64,000 nt of DNA, taken from NCBI GenBank assembly GCA_046538485.1, contig JBKHIT010000008.1:32001-96000 (forward strand), read 5' to 3'. The position numbers were made by a program, and so were the translations under genes. Below the pieces are notes generated by a model. It was not told where the DNA came from. It saw only the letters and a list, made by a program, of their open reading frames with translations, and made no database searches. The stretch comes from Candidatus Brocadiia bacterium (GTDB taxonomy: Bacteria; Planctomycetota; Brocadiia; SM23-32). Positions 51,810 through 61,000 of the stretch are shown one piece after another; position 1 is the first letter of the stretch, and every line of letters begins with the position of its first letter.

Positions 51810-52844
51810 TCACAGCTTCGGGGGTCCCGTTTCTTCTGCTTCGCGTAGCTCTTCAACTTTTTGAAGACTGTTCAGAATTTCGCCAATCAGCTGCTTTAAC
51901 CCATCACCACGTGTTGCGCTGACCGGGATCACTTCGCAGTCGAGTTCTTCGCGGAGTCGTTCGACCCCTTGGTTGGCTCCGGGCAAGTCAATTTTGTTGG
52001 CGGCAACGATCTCCGGCGTTTTGGCAAGTTTTTCGCTGTACAGTTTCAGTTCATCGCGTATTGAATGGTAATTTTCCACCGGGTCCGATTCATCCAGCGG
52101 CACGATGTCAACAAGATGCACCAGGATTCTTGTTCTTTCGATGTGCTTCAAAAATTCATCTCCAAGACCACGTCCGTTGTGCGCTCCCTGGATAAGTCCC
52201 GGCAGGTCGGCCACAGTGAAACGCCTGTAAGCTTCCGTATCGACGATCCCCAGCTGAGGTTCGAGCGTCGTGAATGGATATGAAGCGATTCGCGGATGGG
52301 CGGCGCTGATTCGGGAAAGCAAAGTGGATTTGCCGGCATTTGGTTTTCCGACCAGTCCGACATCGGCGATGAGTTTTAACTCCAGGCGCAGATTTCGTTC
52401 TTCGCCTTCTGTGCCTTCTTCATATTCCGTCGGAGCCTGATTTGTGGAAGTAGCAAAATGGACATTTCCTCGTCCGCCCTGCCCCCCTTCGGCGACCACC
52501 ACGCTCTGGCCCTCTTCGGTCAGGTCTTTGAGCACGAGATCAGTATCGATGTCCCGAATGACTGTTCCGACGGGTACTTCGATGACCACATCTTCGCCGT
52601 CGGCTCCATCTCGTTTCTTCGTTTTACCGTCCTCGCCATCTCCGGCTAAGTACTGTTTACGCGAGACCAGATCGAGGAGAGTTCCCATGTTTTCATTCGC
52701 TTTAATGATAATATCCCCGCCCTCCCCTCCATCCCCTCCGCTGGGGCCTCCTTTAGGCACATATTTTTCTCGCCGGAAACTCGCCCGCCCGTCCCCGCCG
52801 TCACCGGCTTTCACATAGATCTCAGCTTCATCGACAAAATGCAC
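51810..52844 (-). CDS. obg: GTPase Obg/CgtA
   Basis: FVDE, FRREKYVPKGGPSGGDGG, GKPNAGKST, YPFTT, DLPG, NKID. Confidence 0.98.
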   Translation of the reverse strand: MHFVDEAEIYVKAGDGGDGRASFRREKYVPKGGPSGGDGGEGGDIIIKANENMGTLLDLVSRKQYLAGDGEDGKTKKRDGADGEDVVIEVPVGTVIRDIDTDLVLKDLTEEGQSVVVAEGGQGGRGNVHFATSTNQAPTEYEEGTEGEERNLRLELKLIADVGLVGKPNAGKSTLLSRISAAHPRIASYPFTTLEPQLGIVDTEAYRRFTVADLPGLIQGAHNGRGLGDEFLKHIERTRILVHLVDIVPLDESDPVENYHSIRDELKLYSEKLAKTPEIVAANKIDLPGANQGVERLREELDCEVIPVSATRGDGLKQLIGEILNSLQKVEELREAEETGPPKL

Positions 52845-52867
52845 TCGTTGGGATCTCCGTAAAGATC

Positions 52868-52906
52868 AACAAAACGGGCCGCCGAGCAAAATGGCTCCAG
52901 CGGCCC
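52868..52906 (-). terminator. Rho-independent terminator after rpmA
   Basis: Minus strand GGGCCGC..GAGC/GCTC..GCGGCCC hairpin followed by GTTTTGTT. Confidence 0.6.
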
Positions 52907-52932
52907 TTAATCCAGCTTTTCCGGCTATATAC

Positions 52933-53175
52933 TTATTCCGGTATGACATTAACGCGGCGTTGGGTTCCAAATTCCACAATACCGTCGCTTTTGGCAAAAA
53001 GGGTATAATCTCTACCGCAGCCCACATTTCGTCCGGGATGGAATTTGGTCCCGCATTGTCGAACGATAATCGCACCTGCTTTGACCTGTTCTCCGCCATA
53101 TGCCTTGATTCCACGGTACTGCGGGTTGCTATCGTGAACGTTTTGTGTGGAGCCCTGTCCTTTTTTGTGAGCCAT
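52933..53175 (-). CDS. rpmA: 50S ribosomal protein bL27
   Basis: [30 protein letters not shown]. Confidence 0.98.
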   Translation of the reverse strand: MAHKKGQGSTQNVHDSNPQYRGIKAYGGEQVKAGAIIVRQCGTKFHPGRNVGCGRDYTLFAKSDGIVEFGTQRRVNVIPE

Positions 53176-53187
53176 TTTTTATCTCCT

Positions 53188-53502
53188 TTATTCGGGATGA
53201 ATCTCGCGTATTTTTACTCTGGTATAATCCTGCCGATGGCCAATTTTGGTCTGATGGGGTCCCTTGTAACGCGCCGTGTAAACTTTTGGACCTCGCTCAT
53301 GACGAAGGACTTCTACAAGAACACGAGCGCCTGCAACCTGCGGTCGACCGATTCTTGGTTTACAATCTTCCTGATCGCCGATCATCAGAACCCGTTCGAA
53401 TTCGGTCAGTTCACCAGCAGGCACTTCCATCCGATCGACCAAAATTTCGTCGTCGATTTCCACCTTAAATTGCTGTCCGCTATGATCTAGAATTGCGTAC
53501 AT
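53188..53502 (-). CDS. rplU: 50S ribosomal protein bL21
   Basis: MYAI..GQQFKV, GHRQDYT. Adjacent to rpmA. Confidence 0.93.
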   Translation of the reverse strand: MYAILDHSGQQFKVEIDDEILVDRMEVPAGELTEFERVLMIGDQEDCKPRIGRPQVAGARVLVEVLRHERGPKVYTARYKGPHQTKIGHRQDYTRVKIREIHPE

Positions 53503-53544
53503 AGGCCGTAAACGCCTTTCTCGGGGAATACTCAGGAAAAATAT

Positions 53545-53573
53545 ATAATAGCAAATTCGCTTGACCGCTGCAA
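53545..53573 (-). promoter_or_regulatory. sigma70-type promoter candidate for rplU-rpmA-obg
   Basis: Minus strand TTGCAG-N17-TATTAT. Confidence 0.55.
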
Positions 53574-53643
53574 GCAAAGGAAGTTAGTGTTTGTGGAAAA
53601 CGACAGCATTCCTGTGCGAAAGACGGAAGCAAAAGGATTTCCG

Positions 53644-55917
53644 ATGGAAGAACTGGCCAAAATTCGTTGCAACAATACCTCAAATCGCAATCTGACTGGA
53701 TATGGCGTCACCTATGGCGTCCCACTTCCTCAGGGACGCCTTCAGGAACCCCAAAACGCTGCCCTCGCCATAAAACTCCCCGAGGGCTCCATTGCTCCAA
53801 TTCAGTGGAAAATCGCCGAGAAATGGCCTGACGGGTCGGTCAGGTGGATCGTGCTCGACTTTGAGATGGATCTGCCGGCCAACAAACAATCCAGTTTTGC
53901 CCTGGTGGCCGACGCCGAAACTCCCGACTATCCCAAACTGGAGATACACGAAAATAATGCCAGTATCTCCGTCGCCAACAAACACCTGCGGGTTGAGGTT
54001 GAACGGAACTCTTTCTCCCTCTTCGAATCACTGTCGGTCAATGGGCAGGAATTGATTCAGCAGGGGGCCGATATCATCGTGGTCAACCCAAAAGGCAAAC
54101 GCTATTACGCCAGTTTTACGCAAAATCTGGATGTCTCCATAGTCGAACAAGGACCCGAACGGGTCGTTATTGAAAGCTCTGGGCGCCATACTGCCAGCGA
54201 TGGCGATCAGCTGCTTTCTTTTCGTCTTCGCTACACCATAAGGCCCCATGACCCGTGCATTCGCCTCTCCTATAAGATGGCCAATGAAGAAGAACCGGAG
54301 ATGGGCGTTCACCTTGGCCGAATTTTCATGGAAATTCCTACGACACTCGGCCCCCGTCCAACACGATACGTCCGCCAAAAACACCACACCGAACTCTGGT
54401 TCACCCGGCCGGTCGAAATTCAGGAGAACGTTGAACTACAGGCCGGGAGTTTCATAAGCGAAATGGCCGAATCAGTCTATGGAAAAGCGCATTCGGGCAA
54501 GGTGGTCATACGCAACCTCCATAATTTTCGCGAAGACCTCAGCGATTATCCCCACTACCTGCGGCCTGGAAACGCCCGTTCCGATATGAGCGGCGGTTTG
54601 CGCGCGGCATATCCTTTCCTGGCAACGGTTTCAGAAAATGGTTCTTTCATCGGCTGGTTTTCCGAAATGGAGGCAAACCATCCCAAAGGGGTCGCTTCGG
54701 AACGCAATAAGATTCGTTTCGACATCTGGCCGCAATGGGCTGACAACCTCCGCCTCAACAGAGGGATGTCCAAAGAGCATGATATCTTCCTCTCGTTCGA
54801 TGACCGGCGCCTATCCTTCGAAGATCTTGAATCTCGCTATTTCGATCACGAAGTGATGGGATTCGGCATCTTTGCCGAAGGAGCCCCCCCGGTGAATTTC
54901 TCCATCGATCCCGAATACGCCCGTGAGTGTGAAGTTTTCGATATTCATCGCTGGTTGCCTTACGACGAAGACCGGTACCTGAAAATCGAGACCAAAATGG
55001 GTACCATCGGCTCAAAAGGCGGCAAAATGTCACGTGGGATGCTCGATTATGGCGACGGCATCATTCGGGACTGCAGCGCGAATAATGAAAACGATAGGAT
55101 TCTTGACCGGTTCCGGGAATACTACCGCCGCGGCAAAGCGGAGTTCCGCCGGGAAGCTCTGATCTCTGCCCGTCACAACGCACATGTCGATTTGATTTCT
55201 TATGATCCGGATGAGCTCCGACAGGGCACGATGGCTGCACATTGTCCCAACCATAGCGACGGGGCGTGTTACCCCTCTCACATGTGGGTTGGCGGACTGC
55301 TGGCGGCGTTCTGCACCACCGGTGAGCCGGATTTCGAAGAAGCCGCCATCTCCGTCGGCGAAAACATGCTCCGCTGGCAGGAAAAATGTCCTGAAGTCTT
55401 TTACTGCGACAGTCGGGAGGCCGGTTGGCCGATGCTGGCCTGGGTACAGCTCTGGCATCATAACCACGAACAGCGCTGGCTGGATGCCGCGGACCGTGTC
55501 TTCCAGTTCTACGCTGAGAAAGTGGATGAAGAGGGGAAAATAGTCTATGAAATTCCGCACAAACTCGGGACTTTCCTGCAGGGTTACGGAGAGTTTATCG
55601 CGTGGCGGGGTTGTTTCCACTATTACGAAGCGAGCGGAAAAGAAGAGGTGAAAGATTTCCTCGTCGATGTCCTGAGTAAAGAAAATATCTACAAAATCAC
55701 TCCGGCCAGAGTTGAAAAAGGTGGTTGGGCCTGCAATGACCTGTTCCCGGCCTGGGCTGTCTGGCAGCTGACCGGAGATGATAAGTTTCTCAAAGACAAT
55801 TTCCCCTTCCTGGAATACATGATGGACAGAGAAGGAACTTTCCCATGGACCGGCGTCGATGTCATGTATTACCTGAATGCCCTTCACGAACGCGGGGAAC
55901 TCGAAGAATTCTGCTGA
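53644..55917 (+). CDS. PcRGLX/YetA-like protein (putative rhamnogalacturonan lyase family)
   Basis: VTYGVPLPQG, WPDGSVRW, GMLDYGD, ARHNAHVD, SHMWVGGL, REAGW. C-terminal alpha/alpha toroid. Confidence 0.7.
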   Translation: MEELAKIRCNNTSNRNLTGYGVTYGVPLPQGRLQEPQNAALAIKLPEGSIAPIQWKIAEKWPDGSVRWIVLDFEMDLPANKQSSFALVADAETPDYPKLEIHENNASISVANKHLRVEVERNSFSLFESLSVNGQELIQQGADIIVVNPKGKRYYASFTQNLDVSIVEQGPERVVIESSGRHTASDGDQLLSFRLRYTIRPHDPCIRLSYKMANEEEPEMGVHLGRIFMEIPTTLGPRPTRYVRQKHHTELWFTRPVEIQENVELQAGSFISEMAESVYGKAHSGKVVIRNLHNFREDLSDYPHYLRPGNARSDMSGGLRAAYPFLATVSENGSFIGWFSEMEANHPKGVASERNKIRFDIWPQWADNLRLNRGMSKEHDIFLSFDDRRLSFEDLESRYFDHEVMGFGIFAEGAPPVNFSIDPEYARECEVFDIHRWLPYDEDRYLKIETKMGTIGSKGGKMSRGMLDYGDGIIRDCSANNENDRILDRFREYYRRGKAEFRREALISARHNAHVDLISYDPDELRQGTMAAHCPNHSDGACYPSHMWVGGLLAAFCTTGEPDFEEAAISVGENMLRWQEKCPEVFYCDSREAGWPMLAWVQLWHHNHEQRWLDAADRVFQFYAEKVDEEGKIVYEIPHKLGTFLQGYGEFIAWRGCFHYYEASGKEEVKDFLVDVLSKENIYKITPARVEKGGWACNDLFPAWAVWQLTGDDKFLKDNFPFLEYMMDREGTFPWTGVDVMYYLNALHERGELEEFC

Positions 55918-56124
55918 GCGGCATTCTCAGAAAGAGCCTGAGGAGCACCGCTGGATTGCCTCTGAGTTCTCTTAGCCCGGCAAGAAACAATGGACGCAAA
56001 GGATTCTTGGAGACGCTAAGCGGTCCTGTATAAGTAACTTAAGGATTTGATAGTAGCCATAAGATGCTTTTTCTTGCGGCCTGAAAGGCCGATTCATCGT
56101 AGCCCAGGCTGAAGTGGTCTGAAG

Positions 56125-56277
56125 TATGCGTTTAACGTTTCCCGCAGTGCCGCTGAAGAGGTCATTGCGAGGATGCCGGAGGCATCCGCGGCAATCTCGC
56201 TGTTGGCTGGGGAAACGACGAGATTGCTTCGTCGCTGTCGCTCCTCGCAATGACGGCCTGTGTACGTTAAACGCATA
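56125..56277. mobile_element. MITE-like element with 14-bp TIRs, nested in a REP
   Basis: TATGCGTTTAACGT (56125-56138) / ACGTTAAACGCATA (56264-56277). Flanking direct repeat TGGTCTGAA at 56115-56123 and 56278-56286. Internal palindrome GTCATTGCGAGGA...TCCTCGCAATGAC. Confidence 0.7.
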
Positions 56278-56561
56278 TGGTCTGAAAGACCACTCAGGTC
56301 TGGGTTATGGAGAAGCACAACATGTTGCGGGCTGAAGGCCCGCCTCAATTTGCTGTTGTTTGGAAAGCGCGTTTCTTTATCAAACCTCAGGATAGTTGTC
56401 GCAGACCGCTTAGACTCGCCCGGGTCTTTCGACCCGGTTCATAGCGGGGATCGGGTGTGTCACATGCGCCTTTCGGAGGATACTGAGAAGGACAGTTCAG
56501 ACGGCGTATAGAAACGCCGGTAGAGTTCCCGTAGTTCGTTTTGCAGGAGATTTCATCACAA

Positions 56562-57698
56562 ATGACGGAAAAGAATGCTGATTTGCCTGATCCACGAAAA
56601 GTGGCGCAGCAAGAGGCAGAACAAATCAAGAACGATTACGAATTCATTTTTGAAAAGAGTCTGAAACGGGCCATTGCCGACCGTCCATCGCTCGACCGAG
56701 AGCGTTTGTTCCGGGAACTGGTGGAGTTTCATCGGGAACGGATGAACAAAATCCCGCCCCGAGCGAAATACCCCGAGGCGGCTCCGTGGGTCGGGTACGT
56801 CATTGAACGTGACCGCGAGTTGCAGCGAATCTCGGGACTTTCCGACCGGGAAATGGCCCAGCTGCGGAGTCTCAATGACTACCTCCGGTTCAGGGGTTGG
56901 GGCAATCTTTGCCCTGTCAGCTCTGAAAAATGCCGGGTCGTTTATCTGCCCGACTCGGATCGGGGGGAATTTCATATAAAGAATGTCGATGACCCCCTCA
57001 CGAACTGGGAACCGTCAGACGAGCCGCCCCCCTCACCCCGTTTTCCGGAACTCATGATGGATGGGGTGGGCGCGGGGCTTCATCTGGATGACGAGCCAGA
57101 GCAGATTTTTCCGCTTCCGATCCGGCAGATGTGCTCAAAACTCGCCGAAAATCTGCCGTCGGCCCTTGAGTTTCTACAACGATACTCACCGTTCTGGGGC
57201 GCGCAAAATCTGCTGCTGCACGACCGCCAGAAATGCAGCATCGCCATCGAAAAGACAAGCTATAATTTCATGGACGTTTATGAACCCGGCACATCCGGTG
57301 AGAGCCATATCAGCGGGATGGTCTGCCGGGAACCCAAAACCGAGCAAGGACGATACGTCGAACGAAAACGCAAAGAGTTCACCGAACGGATCGGACAGGA
57401 TGAAGAGGGGCCCTGCGGAAAATTCTGGCAGGCGTGCGACCGCGCGGAACAAATGCTGGCGGAATTGCTGTCGAAGGTAGATGTCACCATCGATGAAATA
57501 CTGGAGCTTTTCACCACGACCTGGCCGGAAGGACTCAACAAAGCCGGCGCGGTTTTTCATCCGGATCAGCCCTACGCCTCATGGACACTGGTCACACACG
57601 CCCGGTTGCCGGATCAAGGAATGGTTTTACGCTGGCAGCGCAGCGCCGATGGCGCGTATCCCGATAAACCGCAAGTGTTTGAATACCCGATGGGATAA
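56562..57698 (+). CDS. Hypothetical protein, possible Ntn-hydrolase (C45-like)
   Basis: Long ORF. EKCRVVY..HIKNVDD resembles the Cys-nucleophile plus NxD pattern. Confidence 0.6.
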   Translation: MTEKNADLPDPRKVAQQEAEQIKNDYEFIFEKSLKRAIADRPSLDRERLFRELVEFHRERMNKIPPRAKYPEAAPWVGYVIERDRELQRISGLSDREMAQLRSLNDYLRFRGWGNLCPVSSEKCRVVYLPDSDRGEFHIKNVDDPLTNWEPSDEPPPSPRFPELMMDGVGAGLHLDDEPEQIFPLPIRQMCSKLAENLPSALEFLQRYSPFWGAQNLLLHDRQKCSIAIEKTSYNFMDVYEPGTSGESHISGMVCREPKTEQGRYVERKRKEFTERIGQDEEGPCGKFWQACDRAEQMLAELLSKVDVTIDEILELFTTTWPEGLNKAGAVFHPDQPYASWTLVTHARLPDQGMVLRWQRSADGAYPDKPQVFEYPMG

Positions 57699-57829
57699 CG
57701 GGTTTTTCTGCGGTTTGGACACAAAACAGACTACCGCACCCTGCAGTGGAAACCGACACTTTTCAGCCATTCCTTCTCACGGCCCGGCATCCGTTTCCCA
57801 ATTTCAGACCCAGCTTACACGTATCCGAG

Positions 57830-57955
57830 ATGCCCCTACATGTAGGGCGTGATCGCCGGGCGCGCCCTGCCGTATTGCCCCGAAACAAAAGACGGCGAAC
57901 AACAAACGGCAGTTCCGCCTCAGTCCCCCCTACCGCGGAGACCTGCAGCTTTCTG
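57830..57955. repeat. REP-like elements
   Basis: GCCCCTACATGTAGGGC palindrome, plus CGAACAACAAACGGCAGTTCCGCCTC shared with 13355-13385 (reverse complement). Confidence 0.6.
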
Positions 57956-58040
57956 ATAATTCTCCTTTCCGGTCTGTCCCCCGTCCATTGGAACGGAAGA
58001 CGGTCTTCGCACGCAGCGGCCGGTTTGCGGACGCGTTGTT

Positions 58041-61000
58041 TTACGGCTGAACTTCGATCTCCACGGGCTGGGTCGCATCGCGGACCTCCGGCTCGTAGTA
58101 CTGATAGACTTCCGTCGGAGGCGTCTTGGCCTTAACGGGGTATTTGGCCCGCAGGTGATACGTGAACCGTACGGGTTCGTTGCCGACAATGCTCTCGAAA
58201 TACAGGATCACCTGTCGACCGGTCAGGGAATATCGCTGAATCAAGCCCTGCTCTTTCAGGCGGTCAAAATCCTCCGTCATGACCTGAAAGCCCGGCGGAA
58301 TGCCCAGATCAACAATTGTCATGCGGGCCACACCGCTCCGGTTGTAGCGGATCGTCGCCTCGCACGCTAATTTGTCGTCCGGACGCAACTTCGTGGTATC
58401 GTACGCTACATCGATGCTCATGGTCTTCTGGGTGGTCGGGGTTTTTCTCTCCCAGGGGAGGTAATGGGTGGCGACGATCTGGTAGGCAAAATTCGCTTCC
58501 CCGGCCGGTTCCAGAGATATCCGGTTGGGTCCGGGTTTCTGGTGTTCGCGCAGGCTGATCAGCCGGAAAACATCGCTGGTCTCCGGCGTGATGGTCAGTT
58601 CTCTGGCGAATTTTCCGTTGACCGAGATCGTGATCGGGAGGTCTTGTTTCAGTTCGGTTGCGGGCCCGGTGCCAGCAAGGAGGGCGCGCATCGCGTGTAC
58701 AGTAGCCTGGGTGGAATGCCACGTGCCGGCTGAATCTTTCTCCTCGATGAGCCAGGCCAGAGCTCTGTGCGCCGTGCCGAGATGAGATTGAGCTTTCAAC
58801 ATCGCGTATGCGGCCAGGGCCGTGGTTTCAATGTTCAGGACATTGCCCCGGGAGTGGGTCACACCCTCCGATTTGGAACTCCAGTGCGCAAGGTCTCCGT
58901 CCTCCTTTTTCGTGGCGTCAAGCATCTTAATTAAATCCCCGGCGCCGGATCGCTCGCCCGCGACGAGCGCATTGGCGCAGACGGCAAGCGTGTAAGCGTC
59001 TTCGTCGCTCGATACGTTCTGTTCGACGTAGTCGAGGGCACGTGAAAGGTTGGAGTCTACGTTTCCCGACTCCGCCAGAGCCCATGCGATGTAGGCGGTT
59101 GTTCGGAGGACGGCGCCCTGGTAGGCGTTGATGGCACCTTCCTGGATGCCCCCCTGGGTCGGTTCCCATGAGCCATTGCGTTTTTGCTGCGAGAACAACC
59201 ACCGGCGCGTTCGCTGTATGACGGCGGGATCGACCTCATAAACTTTCGCCATGTCGTTGAATTCCATCAGACCGTACGCTGTCAGAACGCTGTGGGCGGG
59301 CGCGTTTCCGAACCATTCGAATCCGCCCCCGCTGACTTCGTAGGAGAGCAGACGCTGGTAACCGAGGTTGATGTAATTGAGCGCTTTCATCTCGATTTCG
59401 GGCCTGGATTGATCCGTGCGGCGCATGTAGTCGAGCGCCAGAATGTTGGGGTATGTCACTGAAGACGTCTGTTCGAAACAGCCAAACGGTTTGCGGAAGA
59501 TGCTGTCCAGTCCTTCCATCACCTGGCTGAAGGCGCCGGGATAGATTTTCACCAGCAGGTCGGAGGCGCCATCGATGGCCCGATCGGGAATCACGACCGT
59601 GCGGTTCAGTTTGCCGGTGAGGCGCCCGTTATCCGTCTGGACGATCTCTTTGCCGTCGGGTCGGACGCGGACCTTACGCCGGATCGCGTCGGCCATCTCG
59701 GATCCGAAAGCGCGAACGGTGAGGGTGTGGCGGCCGGGTTTGAGCGCGCGCAGTTTCATCGGGATACTCGTAACTTCCCGGGGACCGATTTCGAGCCGGC
59801 GTTCGGTCTCCCCGAGCATCTCGCACCAATCCGCATCGTCGACTTCCAGCCGGATCAGCTGGGTTTCGTCGAGATAGTTGTAGAGGGCGATCGGGACGCT
59901 GATTTCGTCGTGTTGGGTGAGGGCGACCGGGAAATCAATATCCACAAAGAAATCCTGAAACACCCGCAGCCCGAAGGTCTCCGCGCCCAATCTTCCCTGT
60001 CTCGAGACCGCGCTCATACTGATCCGCCAGGTGGTGATGGAATCGGCGAGCGGGACTTCCAGTTGAGCCCGGCCGGCCTCATCGGTAATAAGTTCCGGTT
60101 TCCAGAGAAGTGTTTCCGGGAAATAGTGTCGGACGCGGCTGGGGGCTTTCAAACTTTCATCTGCAGCCTTTTTGCGCCCCTTTGCGGCTCCGCGAACAGG
60201 GCTTCCATCAAGCGCTTCAGTCATCTCCGCAAACTTCTGGCGTGCGGCCATCCGGGCGGGAGACAGTGCCGGGAGGAGCAACCCGGCGAAGACGAGGAGC
60301 GCGAGAACGGGCAAGGCACCGCTGCGAACGGCTATCCAGACCGCGCGTTTTGTTGAAAGTTTCTGGCAGACAGAGTGTCCCGCAATTGACAGCGCGGGCA
60401 GCGCCGCAAACCAGAGACCGATCATAATCCCCGCTTCCAGCACAATTGTTTCTTCCGCCAGGCCCAACTCAGCTTCGGCGATTGCAAGGGTTAGGATCGA
60501 TACGCTGGCTGCAATATAGGCGAAAGGCAAAAGCGTGGCGAATTTACGGAAAAGCGGCAGGTTGCTGACTCCGGGGCCCTTCCGGAATTTGAAAACCTTG
60601 GCTATGAGGGCTATCAACATGCCGATCCAGGCAATCACCCCAAAACTACCGCTAAAAAGTTCGCCGTGGTAGCGCGCAAAAGCATTCTCGATAATTAGTT
60701 CATCAATAAGCAATCCCACGATGAGTGCTGTGACGGGAATAACCAGTGCCAACAACCAGCTTGCTGTCAGCCACCAGCATGCCCGTCGGAGTCGGTTCAT
60801 CTCTTTTGCATTTAGCTCCGGCACCGGACGTCGTCTGAACAGTTTGTAAAGGCCGTAACCGACCATGGGCAGCACAAACAAGACATACAGTGCAAACGGG
60901 ACCTGTGCGGCCAGTTTCAGGACAGCCCTGCGGTAGTTCACTTTCACTTTTCGAAATCGTCTCTGTTTTTCCTCAAATGAAATGCTCTGCGCTTTCCTCG

